Assembly: GCA_052279835.1 (NCBI GenBank) | Contig: CP181291.1 | Coordinates: forward strand, 2,624,001-2,688,000 | Length of the DNA: 64,000 nucleotides | Direction of reading: 5' to 3' | From: Microcoleus sp. | GTDB lineage: Bacteria > Cyanobacteriota > Cyanobacteriia > Cyanobacteriales > Microcoleaceae | Shown: piece by piece, positions 9,827 to 21,248 of the stretch | How positions within the stretch are numbered: position 1 is the stretch's first letter | Layout of the letters: every line of letters begins with the position of its first letter | The notes under the pieces: model-generated | What the model was told of the DNA's origin: nothing | The model's database searches: none | Seen by the model: only the letters and a program-made list of their open reading frames with translations | Made by a program: the position numbers and the translations under genes

Positions 9827-10981
9827 ATGCAACGTTTTCCTTGTATATTTTCTTTTTTTTCAGGTTCAGGCTTCCTGGATTTGGGTTTTGAGTCGATCGG
9901 CTTTAATGTAGCTTATGTAAATGAAATATTCTCGCCATTCATCCAAGCATACCGTCACTCTCGCCAGTGTCTAAACTTGCCGCAGCCAGAATACGGACAC
10001 TGCGAAGGAGAGGAAGCAGATGTGACTAGACTTGTAGAGGGAAAACCAGCACTTCACTTGCGGGAATTGATGCAAGATGCTCGCAAAAATCACGAGATTA
10101 TTGGATTTATTGCGGGACCGCCTTGTCCTGACTTTTCAATCGGTGGCAAAAACCGAGGTGGGGAAGGAGATAAAGGCAAACTTTCAGCTTCGTATATTGA
10201 ATTAATTTGCCAACAGCAGCCTGATTTCTTTGTCTTTGAAAATGTTAAAGGTTTGTGGAGAACAAAAAAGCATAAAGCGTTTTATGACGAACTCAAGCAT
10301 CTGTTGGCTGAGGCAGGATATCTCTTTGTGGAACGTTTAATTAATGCGATCGAATATGGTGTGCCACAAGATAGAGATCGAATTATTTTAATCGGTTTCC
10401 GAAAGCATCTTGTCAAAGATATGGGGATTTCCTTAGATAAAAATAGCCAAATGCTACCTGAAGGCGTATTTCCTTGGTCAAGTCAGATTTTATATCCCAA
10501 ATCAGAAGTTTTTTCTCATCCTTGGCCTGAGACTGATGCTTTTGTTTGCGATAGTATTTTGCCTTGTCCTGGTGGTATTCCCCAAGAGTTGACCGTTGAG
10601 TTTTGGCTGAAAAAAAATGATGTAATTAACCATCCGAATGCGGAACATTATTTTCAACCAAGAGCGGGGATTAAAAGGTTTGCTGCTGTCGATGAGGGAG
10701 ATGATTCTAAAAAATCTTACAAGCGTTTGCACAGGTGGCGTTATTCGCCGACTGCTTGTTATGGCAATAACGAAGTTCACTTGCACCCTTACAAATTTCG
10801 CAGGCTTTCTGTTGCAGAAGCCCTGGCGATTCAGTCTCTGCCTAAAAAGTTTGCGCTGCCCGAAAATATGACTTTAACTAATATGTTTAAAACCGTGGGA
10901 AATGGAGTTCCTTATTTAGCAGCGCGCGGGATAGCTCGAACAATTTATCAGTTTTTATGTCGAAAATCAATAGATAAATAA
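9827..10981 (+). CDS. C5 cytosine DNA methyltransferase (no adjacent restriction endonuclease)
   Basis: FFSGSG motif I, GPPCPDFS motif IV, FENVKG motif VI, QDRDRI motif VIII, VGNGVP motif X. Confidence 0.93.
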   Translation: MQRFPCIFSFFSGSGFLDLGFESIGFNVAYVNEIFSPFIQAYRHSRQCLNLPQPEYGHCEGEEADVTRLVEGKPALHLRELMQDARKNHEIIGFIAGPPCPDFSIGGKNRGGEGDKGKLSASYIELICQQQPDFFVFENVKGLWRTKKHKAFYDELKHLLAEAGYLFVERLINAIEYGVPQDRDRIILIGFRKHLVKDMGISLDKNSQMLPEGVFPWSSQILYPKSEVFSHPWPETDAFVCDSILPCPGGIPQELTVEFWLKKNDVINHPNAEHYFQPRAGIKRFAAVDEGDDSKKSYKRLHRWRYSPTACYGNNEVHLHPYKFRRLSVAEALAIQSLPKKFALPENMTLTNMFKTVGNGVPYLAARGIARTIYQFLCRKSIDK

Positions 10982-11357
10982 GTGCCAATATATCTCATAA
11001 ACTCGTTTTTTTTGTAGATTGGTCGTGACGACAAAGCAAAATTCGTAGAAACCGGGTTTTTCGCCCCCATGTGTAACAAGTTTATGGCCGCACCCCACAC
11101 AGGCTACGGGTTGGTGAGATCAGTTTTAAAAATGAGTATTTATAGCAAGCAAATAGATTTTGGTGCGTGAGGCGTGGTTCTCATATTTATTTATGGCTGG
11201 CGCAAGTTAATCGGGGTGCCTCACCAACCCTAAAAATTGGTGAAAGTGGTTTTTTTAATGAACTAATAAAAATAAAAGTTCATAAATAGTTTACATTTGT
11301 TATATAATAGTTGGTTAAGGTTGAAAACCTAGATTTTTTATTTGCCTGCAATTCGCC

Positions 11358-12707
11358 ATGACTGTTAAACCCCGCCGCTATCACATTACCACTTTCGGAT
11401 GCCAGATGAATAAAGCCGACTCCGAACGGATGGCCGGCATTCTGGAAAATATGGGCTTTGAGTTCTCGGAAGACCCGAACGAAGCTAGCTTGATTCTTTA
11501 CAATACTTGCACGATTCGTGACAATGCGGAACAAAGAGTTTATTCTAATCTGGGAAGACAGGCTCACCGCAAACGCCAGGAACCGGGTTTAACTTTAATT
11601 GTAGCAGGATGTGTAGCCCAGCAGGAAGGTGAAGCGCTGCTGCGACGTGTGCCGGAATTAGACTTAGTAATGGGGCCACAACACGCGAATCGGCTTGAAG
11701 ATTTACTGGAACAAGTGTTCGAGGGAAATCAAGTTGTGGCGACGGAAGCTGTTGAGATTATGGAGGATATTACTAAGCCTCGCCGCGATAGTCAGGTGAC
11801 GGCTTGGGTGAATGTAATTTATGGTTGCAACGAACGCTGCACTTATTGTGTTGTGCCGAATGTGCGCGGGGTTGAACAGTCGCGAATGCCAGAAGCAATT
11901 CGGGCGGAAATGGAGGAGTTGGGCCGTCAAGGTTACAAGGAAGTAACTTTATTGGGGCAAAATATTGATGCTTATGGTAGGGATTTGCCGGGGACGAAAC
12001 CGGATGGTAGTCATCAGCATACTTTGACGGATTTGCTTTATTTTGTGCAGGATGTTCCTGGAGTCGATCGCCTGCGATTTGCTACTAGCCACCCGCGCTA
12101 TTTTACGGAAAGATTAATTAAGGCTTGTGCGGAATTACCCCAGGTTTGCGAACATTTTCATATTCCTTTTCAGTCGGGCGACAATGATATTTTGAAGGCG
12201 ATGTCGCGGGGCTATACTCAGGAGAAATATTTGCGAATTATTGATACCATTCGCCGTTATATGCCGGATGCTTCGATTACTGCGGATGCGATTGTGGGCT
12301 TTCCTGGGGAGACGGAAGCGCAGTTTGAGAAGACTTTGAAGTTGATTGAAGATGTTGGTTTCGATTTGGTGAATACGGCGGCTTATTCGCCACGCCCAGG
12401 CACACCGGCCGCTTTGTGGGAAAATCAGTTGAGTGAGGAGGTGAAGGCCGATCGCCTACAACGGATTAATCATGTGGTGACAACAACGGCTATGGAGCGA
12501 TCGCAACGCTATTTCGGACGTGTTGAAGAGGTATTAGTCGAAGTCCAAAATGTCAAAGTTCCCAGTCAGGTGATGGGCCGGACTCGCGGCAATCGTCTGA
12601 CTTTTTTTAAGGGTGATATTGCTGAATTAGCGGGTAAAATAGTGCGGGTTAAGATTACAGATATTCGCGCTTTTAGCTTGACTGGGGAAATGGTGGAAAA
12701 TTGGTGA
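11358..12707 (+). CDS. miaB: tRNA-2-methylthio-N6-dimethylallyladenosine synthase
   Basis: [31 protein letters not shown] radical-SAM motif, TRAM domain. Confidence 0.96.
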   Translation: MTVKPRRYHITTFGCQMNKADSERMAGILENMGFEFSEDPNEASLILYNTCTIRDNAEQRVYSNLGRQAHRKRQEPGLTLIVAGCVAQQEGEALLRRVPELDLVMGPQHANRLEDLLEQVFEGNQVVATEAVEIMEDITKPRRDSQVTAWVNVIYGCNERCTYCVVPNVRGVEQSRMPEAIRAEMEELGRQGYKEVTLLGQNIDAYGRDLPGTKPDGSHQHTLTDLLYFVQDVPGVDRLRFATSHPRYFTERLIKACAELPQVCEHFHIPFQSGDNDILKAMSRGYTQEKYLRIIDTIRRYMPDASITADAIVGFPGETEAQFEKTLKLIEDVGFDLVNTAAYSPRPGTPAALWENQLSEEVKADRLQRINHVVTTTAMERSQRYFGRVEEVLVEVQNVKVPSQVMGRTRGNRLTFFKGDIAELAGKIVRVKITDIRAFSLTGEMVENW

Positions 12708-12867
12708 ACTTTTCTAAGAAGATGTATTTTTTTTTACCGCAGAGAGCGCAGAGGACACAGAGGAGGAGTGGAATGGAGGGGATATGTAGTCTTAAAGCGG
12801 TTTGTCTGTGCGTTAGTTGCGCTCTCTCCGTGTATATTTGTCAAGAAGTGCTAGGAGTAGGGAAAAA

Positions 12868-13920
12868 ATGACAAAAATACGGGTCGGGCTGTTATTCGGT
12901 GGGCGATCGGGGGAACATGAAGTCTCAATTAGTTCCGCAAGGGCGATCGCGCGAGCTCTTGCTTCCGAGGAAAACGCCACCAAATACGAAGTGCAGCCAT
13001 TCTATATCCAAAAAGACGGCCGCTGGTTGTCGGGAACAATACCTCAAGAAGTTTTAGCAGCAGGAAAACCTCTGGAAATAGAGTCACCAGGAACAGAAAA
13101 TGATTCTGTTTTATCTCGCCAATTTCCTAGTTTCAATGACATAGATGTTTGCTTCCCAGTTCTGCACGGACCCAACGGCGAAGACGGTACGGTGCAAGGG
13201 TTGCTGAAATTAATGCAAATTCCGTTTGTGGGTTCCGGGGTTTTAGCTTCGGCGATGGGAATGGATAAAATTGCGATGAAAATGGCCTTTGCTCACGCAG
13301 GTTTGCCGCAGGTAAAATACATCGCGGTTAATCGTTCGGAAATCTGGTCTAATCCTTGTGTTTTTCCTAAACTGTGCGACAAAATTGAGGAAACTTTGGG
13401 CTATCCTTGCTTTGTGAAGCCTGCTAATTTGGGTTCGTCGGTGGGAATTTCTAAAGTGCGATCGCGCGGCGAATTAGAAGCTGCCCTTGACAGTGCTGCT
13501 AGTTACGATCGCCGGATAATTGTCGAAGCTGGTGTAGTTGCTAGAGAATTAGAATGTGCTGTTTTGGGTAACGAGACTCCTCAAGCTTCAACAGTGGGAG
13601 AAATTAGTTTTAATAGCGATTTCTACGACTATGAAACTAAGTATACCCAAGGGCAAGCAGATTTGTCAATTCCGGCAAAAGTAAGCAGTGTTATTATCTC
13701 ACAAATTCAAGAAATGGCAGTGCAAGCATTTTTAGCCATAGACGGCGCTGGTCTGGGTAGAGTAGACTTTTTTTACGTGGAATCTACAGGAGAAGTTTTG
13801 ATTAATGAAATCAACACCTTTCCCGGCTTCACTGCTACCAGTATGTATCCCCAACTTTGGGAAGCTTCGGGTATTTCTTTCTCGGAATTAGTAGACCGTT
13901 TAATTCAATTAGCTCTCTGA
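12868..13920 (+). CDS. ddl: D-alanine--D-alanine ligase
   Basis: [36 protein letters not shown]. Confidence 0.96.
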   Translation: MTKIRVGLLFGGRSGEHEVSISSARAIARALASEENATKYEVQPFYIQKDGRWLSGTIPQEVLAAGKPLEIESPGTENDSVLSRQFPSFNDIDVCFPVLHGPNGEDGTVQGLLKLMQIPFVGSGVLASAMGMDKIAMKMAFAHAGLPQVKYIAVNRSEIWSNPCVFPKLCDKIEETLGYPCFVKPANLGSSVGISKVRSRGELEAALDSAASYDRRIIVEAGVVARELECAVLGNETPQASTVGEISFNSDFYDYETKYTQGQADLSIPAKVSSVIISQIQEMAVQAFLAIDGAGLGRVDFFYVESTGEVLINEINTFPGFTATSMYPQLWEASGISFSELVDRLIQLAL

Positions 13921-14184
13921 GCGCCACGGCGAGAAATCTTGAATCGCGAACCTTAAACGGTAAACTACCAAGATCCAAAAATAAATTATTCCGCAGGTTA
14001 TATATCCTTACCTGCGGAAACGAGATAAGATTGTTGTGGGAGCAGGTTTTGGTGTAAAACCAAATTTTCGCTGCCAGCTCAACAACTGGGAATTTTCCAT
14101 TAGGCAGGTATGAGTAAATGAGAGCGACAAACATTAGGGTTCAACTTAACTCTAGAATCTCAGGTTTTAAATCCGTTAACTTAA

Positions 14185-15267
14185 ATGAGACCTTTCACTA
14201 AATTACCGCAGTGGTGGATTTATGGATTGTTATTCCCCCTAGCAATACTCAACTGCTGGTTAGCCCTCCTAGTCTTTGAATATTTTCGCGCCCTGATTAC
14301 TGTTTTAGTTATCGCTACAGTGCTGTCTTTTTTGCTAGATTACCCAGTCCGGTTTCTGTCGAGTTATGGCATGAAGCGCGATCGGGCGGTTTTGTCAGTA
14401 TTACTTGTTACTTTATTCGTACTGGTGGTTTTAGGCCTGACTCTGGCTCCGATTCTACTAACTCAACTCACCGAACTTGCAACCAGACTGCCGACTTGGA
14501 TCGTTTCTGGCACCGAACAGATTGAAGCCTTCCACAAATGGGCAGAAAATCGTAATCTACGTATAGATGTTAGTGGTTTGACTACTCAATTGAGCGATCG
14601 ACTTTCGGCTCAATTGCAGTCTCTAACCGGGGAAATTCTAAAATTTGGCTTAGGCGCAGCAGACAGTCTATTGAACTTTCTCCTCACAATAGTTCTGACA
14701 TTTTACTTGCTGTTGCATGGCGATAAAGTTTGGGAAGGCTTGTTTAAATGGTTGCCCTCCAAGCTGAGTCTCCAATTGCGAGAATTGCTACCGCGAAGCT
14801 TTCACAACTACTTCGTTGGACAGGCAACTTTAGCAAGTTTGATGGGACTTTCCATGACGGTTGCTTTTTTAATTTTGCGAGTTCCCTTCGGCCTATTGTT
14901 TGGTTTGGGCGTGGGTGTAATGACTCTAATTCCTTTTGGAGCACCTTTTAGTATTTGCATGGTTAGTTTGCTAATCACACTTAACAACTTTTGGCTGGGA
15001 GTCACAGTTTTGACTGTGGCTACAGTCATCGATCAATTAATTGAAAATGCAGTAGCCCCTAGGCTGATGGGCAGTTTTATTGGTCTCAATCCCGTCTGGA
15101 TTTTAGTTTCGCTGCTGGTGGGAATCAAGGTGGGTGGAGTAGTTGGTTTGTTGGTGGCTGTGCCGATGGCTGGTTTTATTAAGAATGCTGTTGATGCTGT
15201 GGAACATTCCAGAAACCTCTCGAAAGAAAGTAATGCGGGAGTTTTTGTTGAGTCTGCCGATCGATAA
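14185..15267 (+). CDS. AI-2E (PerM) family transporter
   Basis: Multi-TM profile, FLLDYPV, LIPFG, ENAVAPRLMG, GLNPVW, GLLVAVP. Confidence 0.85.
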   Translation: MRPFTKLPQWWIYGLLFPLAILNCWLALLVFEYFRALITVLVIATVLSFLLDYPVRFLSSYGMKRDRAVLSVLLVTLFVLVVLGLTLAPILLTQLTELATRLPTWIVSGTEQIEAFHKWAENRNLRIDVSGLTTQLSDRLSAQLQSLTGEILKFGLGAADSLLNFLLTIVLTFYLLLHGDKVWEGLFKWLPSKLSLQLRELLPRSFHNYFVGQATLASLMGLSMTVAFLILRVPFGLLFGLGVGVMTLIPFGAPFSICMVSLLITLNNFWLGVTVLTVATVIDQLIENAVAPRLMGSFIGLNPVWILVSLLVGIKVGGVVGLLVAVPMAGFIKNAVDAVEHSRNLSKESNAGVFVESADR

Positions 15268-15616
15268 ACTGGCTAATTTCGTTGTCAAAAGTGTGAAAAA
15301 TTCCTGGCGAATGCGGAATCTCCACGTCAGGGGCCGTAGTTTTGATTGTTGAAGCATCAGCCAATTAGCCAGTGCTGCCTGAGTTCGGCTCCAAATCTCC
15401 GCCACCGGTGGAAACCAAAGTTGACCATACCTAGCACGGTTTCTACCCCAAGGTGTAGGGTAAATCCCCCAAACAAACAGAGGTAAGAAATGCTTCAATT
15501 TAAGTTAAAGCTTCTTTCGTTTGATAGCAACCTTATCGATGTCTCCCGAATTTTTTCCTGGGTCTAACCATTGATTATCTTGCTTCTGCCATAACTTAAT
15601 TTAGTAGGTACTACCA

Positions 15617-16912
15617 ATGAAAAACCCTAATTATAATTACCGCTCTGACTCGAATCAAATCAATATTACGGAAACCCAAAATATGCCTAATCAAACTCAG
15701 CATCATCGCCGTTTGTCTTTACCGAAAAAATTGGCTTTTTTATCCTTGATTTTGCTCGGTTCCAGCGCCACTGTTGGGTGCAATGCCCTAACTTCGCAAG
15801 TGCCGGGGAGTTCTAATGATATCAAAGGTGAAACCTCAAGTCCAGCGCCCATTGCAGCAGTTCCTGTGAATATACTGCCCTCTCAAGACTCTAATTTTGT
15901 GACAAAAGTAGTGCAGCAAGTCGGCCCGGCAGTGGTACGGATTAATTCCTCTCGCACAGTGAAGAGCCAACAACCTGATGTTTTAGAAGACCCATTTTTC
16001 CGTCGTTTCTTTGGCTCAGAATCTCCGATTGCGCCACAAAATCGGGTCGAACGGGGTTCAGGTTCGGGTTTTGTTTTTGGTTCCGATGGTCGCATTTTGA
16101 CTAACGCTCACGTTGTTGATGGTGCCGATACGGTGACGGTAAAACTGAAAGATGGTAGGGAATTTGTCGGCAAAGTTTTAGGTATAGATACAGTGACAGA
16201 TGTGGCTGTGGTTAAAATTGAAGCTAACAATTTGCCTGTGGTTAGTTTGGGTAAATCGGAAGAGTTGCAGCCTGGTGAATGGGCGATCGCGATCGGCAAT
16301 CCCCTCGGTTTGGACAATACTGTTACTGTGGGGATTATTAGCGCTACAGGTCGTTCTAGCTCGGATGTGGGTGTTCCCGACAAGCGCGTCAGCTTTATTC
16401 AAACTGATGCTGCGATTAATCCTGGTAATTCCGGTGGCCCATTGCTGAACCAACGCGGTCAAGTTATTGGCATGAATACGGCGATTATTCAAGGTGCTCA
16501 GGGATTGGGTTTTGCTATTCCGATCGATCGAGCACAACAAATTGCCGAGCAATTAGCAACAACAGGTAAAGCCGAACATCCTTATCTCGGCGTTCGGATG
16601 TTGAGTATCACTCCCGAAGTCAAGGCCGAATTTAATAAAAATCCCAACACTAAATTGAGACTAACGGAAGATAAAGGTGTGTTAGTTTTGGGAATTGTGA
16701 AAGGTTCTCCGGCGGCACAAGCTGGTGTTCGCGTTGCTGACGTCATCAAAAAAATTAACGGTCAAGAAGTCAGCGATGCCGGTAGCGTACAGCAAATTGT
16801 GGAGAAAAGTAAGGTTGGTAGCGATATGCAGCTTGAGTTAAGTCGTGGCGGACAAGCTGTGACTGTGGCTGTTAAATCTGGTGCTTTTCCAGCGAATCAG
16901 AAGCAGCAGTAG
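15617..16912 (+). CDS. HtrA/HhoA/HhoB-family serine protease with PDZ domain (start may be ATG 15683)
   Basis: [27 protein letters not shown]-terminal PDZ. Confidence 0.93.
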   Translation: MKNPNYNYRSDSNQINITETQNMPNQTQHHRRLSLPKKLAFLSLILLGSSATVGCNALTSQVPGSSNDIKGETSSPAPIAAVPVNILPSQDSNFVTKVVQQVGPAVVRINSSRTVKSQQPDVLEDPFFRRFFGSESPIAPQNRVERGSGSGFVFGSDGRILTNAHVVDGADTVTVKLKDGREFVGKVLGIDTVTDVAVVKIEANNLPVVSLGKSEELQPGEWAIAIGNPLGLDNTVTVGIISATGRSSSDVGVPDKRVSFIQTDAAINPGNSGGPLLNQRGQVIGMNTAIIQGAQGLGFAIPIDRAQQIAEQLATTGKAEHPYLGVRMLSITPEVKAEFNKNPNTKLRLTEDKGVLVLGIVKGSPAAQAGVRVADVIKKINGQEVSDAGSVQQIVEKSKVGSDMQLELSRGGQAVTVAVKSGAFPANQKQQ

Positions 16913-17130
16913 CATCTAAAAAATAGGACACCCAGAACCCCGACTTCGCAGAAGTTGTCGGGGTTCTAATCGTTCCACCCGTGCGTAAGTCCTCAAAGCA
17001 ACCGGGTTTTTTACCGCATCAGCGCGCCACCACGAAGTATTCTCAAAAAAAACAGGTTTCTCAACCCCGATGGGTAAGTCCTATTGGTATACTTAACAAG
17101 TATTTATATTTGTTATTAAGAGGTAGAAAC

Positions 17131-18003
17131 ATGGCTCAGATTAATCGGCGGCGTCCTGAAAATATTAGTGGTAATTTTTATGTAGATAGTACCTGCATTA
17201 GCTGCGATACTTGTCGGTGGATGGCCCCGGAAGTATTTGTGGAAGTGGGAGAACAATCAGCGGTTTACCATCAGCCAATTAACGAGACTGAAGAAAGGCG
17301 ATCGCTCGCAGCTCTTTTGTCTTGTCCCACAAGTTCGATCGGCACTGTGGACAAACCAAAAAATATCAAGGAAGTTCAGCAACATTTGCCAGCACTCGTA
17401 GCAGAAAATATCTACCACTGTGGCTATCATTCCGAGAAATCCTACGGTGCTGCTAGCTATTTAATTGTGCGTCCAGAGGGCAATATTTTGGTCGATTCTC
17501 CTCGTTTTGTGCCGCCGCTAGTTAAAAATATCGAAGCAATGGGGGGGATTCGCTATCTGTACTTGACTCACCGGGATGATGTGGCAGATCATCAACAATA
17601 CCGAGACCATTTTGGCTGCGATCGCATTTTGCATAGTGACGAAATTAATGCGGGTACTAGCAGTGTAGAAATTCAATTGTCTGGGAACGAACCGCATCAA
17701 ATAGCAGATGATTTGTTGATTATTGCTGTACCCGGTCATACGAAAGGTCACACAGTTTTACTTTATAATAACAAGTTTTTGTTTAGTGGCGATCATCTCG
17801 CCTGGTCGGAAAGTTTGCAGCATTTGATTGGGTTTCGCCAAGTCTGTTGGTATTCTTGGGAGGCACAAATCAAATCGATGCAGAATTTGGCTAATTATGA
17901 CTTTGAGTGGGTGTTGCCGGGGCACGGTCGCAGGTATCATGCTGAGGTGGAAACTATGCGAGAGCAAATGCAGCAGTGTATTGCTTGGATGATCGAAGCT
18001 TAA
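17131..18003 (+). CDS. MBL-fold metallo-hydrolase with N-terminal ferredoxin-like module
   Basis: CISCDTC...CP, THRDDVADH, PGHTKGH, SGDH, LPGHG. Confidence 0.85.
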   Translation: MAQINRRRPENISGNFYVDSTCISCDTCRWMAPEVFVEVGEQSAVYHQPINETEERRSLAALLSCPTSSIGTVDKPKNIKEVQQHLPALVAENIYHCGYHSEKSYGAASYLIVRPEGNILVDSPRFVPPLVKNIEAMGGIRYLYLTHRDDVADHQQYRDHFGCDRILHSDEINAGTSSVEIQLSGNEPHQIADDLLIIAVPGHTKGHTVLLYNNKFLFSGDHLAWSESLQHLIGFRQVCWYSWEAQIKSMQNLANYDFEWVLPGHGRRYHAEVETMREQMQQCIAWMIEA

Positions 18004-18153
18004 TGCGCTCAGTTTTGTTGTTTTGTTATGGATGATTTTAGCCGATCGCCCAAACTGGATTTTTTTGCCCCCATTAATGTTGTTGGGGCGGGTTTTACCC
18101 TAAATATTTGCATCCCATTCAAATAATAAATAAACCCGCTCCAATTCAGCGAC

Positions 18154-19563
18154 TTAAGCTACTAAAAAAGCCGCACACTCCACATGAGAAGTCTGAGGAA
18201 AGAAATCAGCCGGCTGCACCCGCACCAATTTATAATCCCCATTTTCACACAAAATTTTCAAGTCGCGAGCCAAAGTAGCCGGCTTGCAGCTAATATAAAC
18301 AATCCGACTCGGTTTAATTTGCTTAATAGTTTCTAAAACCGAGCGATCGCACCCCTTACGCGGCGGATCTAACAACACAATATCCGGCACAACATCCAAC
18401 TGTGGCAGTAACTTTTCCACAGTTCCAACCTTAAATGTCACATTTGTCAAGCCATTTAATTCAGCATTCAAATCAGCTTGGGCGATCGCCTCAGATTGCA
18501 CTTCCAAACCTACAGCTTTTTGCACTTGTTTCGCCAGCGGCAAGGTAAAAGTACCAATCCCGCAATAAGCATCAACCAAAACCTCATTTCCCTGCAAATT
18601 CAATTCCGCTACAATCGCCTGCAACAAACCCTCAGCCGCCTCTGTATTCACCTGAAAAAAAGTATCCGCCCTTAACTGAAACTCCAAACCAGCAAACTCT
18701 TCTCGCAGATAAGCACGACCGGCAATACAGCGAGTTTCCGCACCAAAAATCACATTAGTTTTCGCAGAATTGACATTCAAACAAACACCAGTAAGTTCAG
18801 GATAGCGCTTCAACCAATCAGAGGCTTGGGCTTCCAGTCCCGGCAAATCTCCTGTCCGAACGATTAAAGTTAGTAACATCTCCCCGGTGCGTCGTCCAAT
18901 TCGCAAAGATAAGTGACGCAATTCTCCTGTATGCTGCTTTTCGTCATACACAGGCCAATCCCGCCAGTGTATGTCTTCTTTCACCTCTTTTAATAAAGGA
19001 TTTAGCCTGGGGTCTTGGACTGGACACTGATTCAAATTAACTAATTTGTGAGTGCTTTTTTGATAGTAACCCGCTTGAACTTGACCTGTGACAGATATGC
19101 CTAAAGGATAGGTTGCTTTGTTGCGGTATCCCAAAAACTGGGGGAAATTATCTATTTTTCCGGCTAAAATTTCATCTACTCGCAAATCGCTAAAGCCGCC
19201 AATGCGTTCTAAAGCTTGAATGACTTGATTTTGTTTAGCTGTAAGCTGATAATCATAATCTACGTGCTGCCACTGACAGCCGCCGCACTTGTCGGCGACA
19301 ATACAGTTGGGTCGGATGCGGTGTTCCGATGCTTCCAGAAGGGTGTCCAGCTTACCTGTAGCGTAGGTGGATTTGACTTGCAGGAGGCGGACGAGAACTC
19401 GATCGCCCGGAACAGTATCAGCCACAAACACCACAAGCTGACCAAAACGGCCAACTCCGTCGCCGGTATCTGCCAAGTCAGTAATCTCTATTTCTATCAG
19501 TTGACCTTGCTGGCAAGGGTTTACCGATTTCGATTTGGGTATGGGGAATTTAGATTGGTTCAT
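18154..19563 (-). CDS. rlmD: 23S rRNA m5U1939 methyltransferase
   Basis: TRAM domain, C..ADKCGGCQWQH, FFQVN, DAYCGIG, LDPPRKG, FFPQTSHVE. Confidence 0.92.
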   Translation of the reverse strand: MNQSKFPIPKSKSVNPCQQGQLIEIEITDLADTGDGVGRFGQLVVFVADTVPGDRVLVRLLQVKSTYATGKLDTLLEASEHRIRPNCIVADKCGGCQWQHVDYDYQLTAKQNQVIQALERIGGFSDLRVDEILAGKIDNFPQFLGYRNKATYPLGISVTGQVQAGYYQKSTHKLVNLNQCPVQDPRLNPLLKEVKEDIHWRDWPVYDEKQHTGELRHLSLRIGRRTGEMLLTLIVRTGDLPGLEAQASDWLKRYPELTGVCLNVNSAKTNVIFGAETRCIAGRAYLREEFAGLEFQLRADTFFQVNTEAAEGLLQAIVAELNLQGNEVLVDAYCGIGTFTLPLAKQVQKAVGLEVQSEAIAQADLNAELNGLTNVTFKVGTVEKLLPQLDVVPDIVLLDPPRKGCDRSVLETIKQIKPSRIVYISCKPATLARDLKILCENGDYKLVRVQPADFFPQTSHVECAAFLVA

Positions 19564-19649
19564 TAATATTGTTCTGAATGCTTTAAGGTTGAAGCATTTT
19601 AAATCTATTATCTCATCAAAATAGGACTTAGGCAAAAAAAGATTTTTTA

Positions 19650-19884
19650 GTAATTGGTAATAGGTAATTGGTAATAGGTAATTGGTAATAGGTAAGTGAT
19701 AATAAATATCTCCCATAATTAAAGCGCAACCTTTCAGTCAGGTTGCGCTTTTTTTTAAGAAACTAATATAGCGTAATAGGTAATGGGGCATGGGGCATGG
19801 GGCATGGGGCATGGGCTATAGGGCATTACTAATTACCAATTACCAATTACCAATTACCAATTACCTATTACCTATTACCTATTC
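19650..19884. repeat. STRR heptamer tracts (TAATTGG/TAATAGG, GGGGCAT, TACCAAT/TACCTAT) around a hairpin at 19721-19751
   Basis: Directly visible tandem 7-mers; AAAGCGCAACCT...AGGTTGCGCTTT hairpin. Confidence 0.9.
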
Positions 19885-20080
19885 TCGCTCCTACCTCCTA
19901 TGAGAGAGCGACAGACTATAATAGTCCCCTCAAATTATTAGTGAGCAGAACCGTTACCATGATACTTGTCGGTGTCGTAGAATCCGTTTTTTGTGCCGAA
20001 AAATAAACAGCACACGGTGAAAACGGCTGTCAAGACTGCTAAAACTAACTTAACGTCCATAATTTACCTTCTCTGATTCA

Positions 20081-20692
20081 GTGAGTGGAAATACTCAAAT
20101 TGTAGAGTCTTTTTGGCTAGCGCGGCCATCTACTAGGGTAGCGCCAGATTTACTTGGCTGTAGTTTGGTCCGAAAGTTTCCCGACGGGGAAACGATTCGG
20201 GCCATGATTGTGGAAACCGAAGCCTATGGGCCATTCGATCCCGCTTGTCACGCTTACGCGCGCCGAACTCCTCGCAACGAGGCGATGTTCGGTCCTGCGG
20301 GGAGGATTTATGTTTACCTAATTTATGGGATGTATCATTGCTTGAATGTCGTAACGGATGCAGACGGAGTTGCTAGCGCTGTGTTAATTAGAGCTTTACA
20401 GCTAGATGCAGTTCCCCAAAGATTCTCCCATCTCCCCGAAAAGGTGCGATCGCGCCTCGCCTCCGGGCCTGGCAAACTGTGTAAGGTACTTGAGATCGAT
20501 CGAACTTGGAATGGTTTAGCTTTGGGTACGGGGGAAGGGCTGCGGCTAGAACACCGGAGTGAGGAATTTCAGCAGGCGATCGAGTCAGGTACGATTAATA
20601 TCGTGCAAACTTCTCGCATCGGGATTTCTCAAGGAATTGATTTACCTTGGCGTTGGTATATAGGGAACTATCCGGCAGTGTCTAAATTCTAG
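20081..20692 (+). CDS. mpg: 3-methyladenine DNA glycosylase
   Basis: IVETEAY, YVYLIYGMYHCLNVV, AVLIRAL, GPGKLC, RIGIS. Confidence 0.92.
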   Translation: MSGNTQIVESFWLARPSTRVAPDLLGCSLVRKFPDGETIRAMIVETEAYGPFDPACHAYARRTPRNEAMFGPAGRIYVYLIYGMYHCLNVVTDADGVASAVLIRALQLDAVPQRFSHLPEKVRSRLASGPGKLCKVLEIDRTWNGLALGTGEGLRLEHRSEEFQQAIESGTINIVQTSRIGISQGIDLPWRWYIGNYPAVSKF

Positions 20693-20740
20693 TAATCTCA
20701 AAATGTCAGTGTAAATTTTGTCACTTATCTCAATCAAATT

Positions 20741-21040
20741 ATGGCTTACTCTTCTGAAAATCCGATCGTACAACTCAAGAAATGCCTAACCCTAGCCCAG
20801 GATGTTAGCACTCACGCCGAAGCGAACCGAGCCTTCGAGCAATTATGTGGGATTATCGATGCTGAAAACCCAATGGCGGCGCAACTTTTGGAGATGTTAT
20901 GGCAAGAGGCGATTATAGCTAGGCGATCGGCTTTATTTTGGCAACAAATGAGCGATGTTGAGAAAGAGATGGCGAATAAAATGATGGAAAATATGACGCA
21001 GATGCGGCAAAACTATTTGCGGTTAATGCAGGAAATGTAG
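20741..21040 (+). CDS. hypothetical helical protein
   Basis: 99-aa ORF directly after mpg with natural composition, ends RQNYLRLMQEM. Confidence 0.7.
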   Translation: MAYSSENPIVQLKKCLTLAQDVSTHAEANRAFEQLCGIIDAENPMAAQLLEMLWQEAIIARRSALFWQQMSDVEKEMANKMMENMTQMRQNYLRLMQEM

Positions 21041-21248
21041 GAATTGGGGAATGGGTAATTGCTAATGGGTAATTAGTAATTGCCCGGACTCTGCCCGGAA
21101 ACGAAAAAAGCGAGTAATATCGTTTCCGGTTGCATCGGAATAATAAAATCGAGTCAACAGTTAACACTCAACCATTCAGTTTTTTGACCCGCCCGTCAAC
21201 AGTCAGTAGGGGCGGTGCCCCCGTGCCCGCCCTCTTAATAGTCAACAG

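Noticed and set aside
19564..19716. N-terminal extension of rlmD in the ORF track (similarly 16981-17130, 44960-45064, 46584-46703)
   Set aside because: The extensions run through repeats, intergenic DNA or an overlapping gene; downstream ATGs fit the family N-termini
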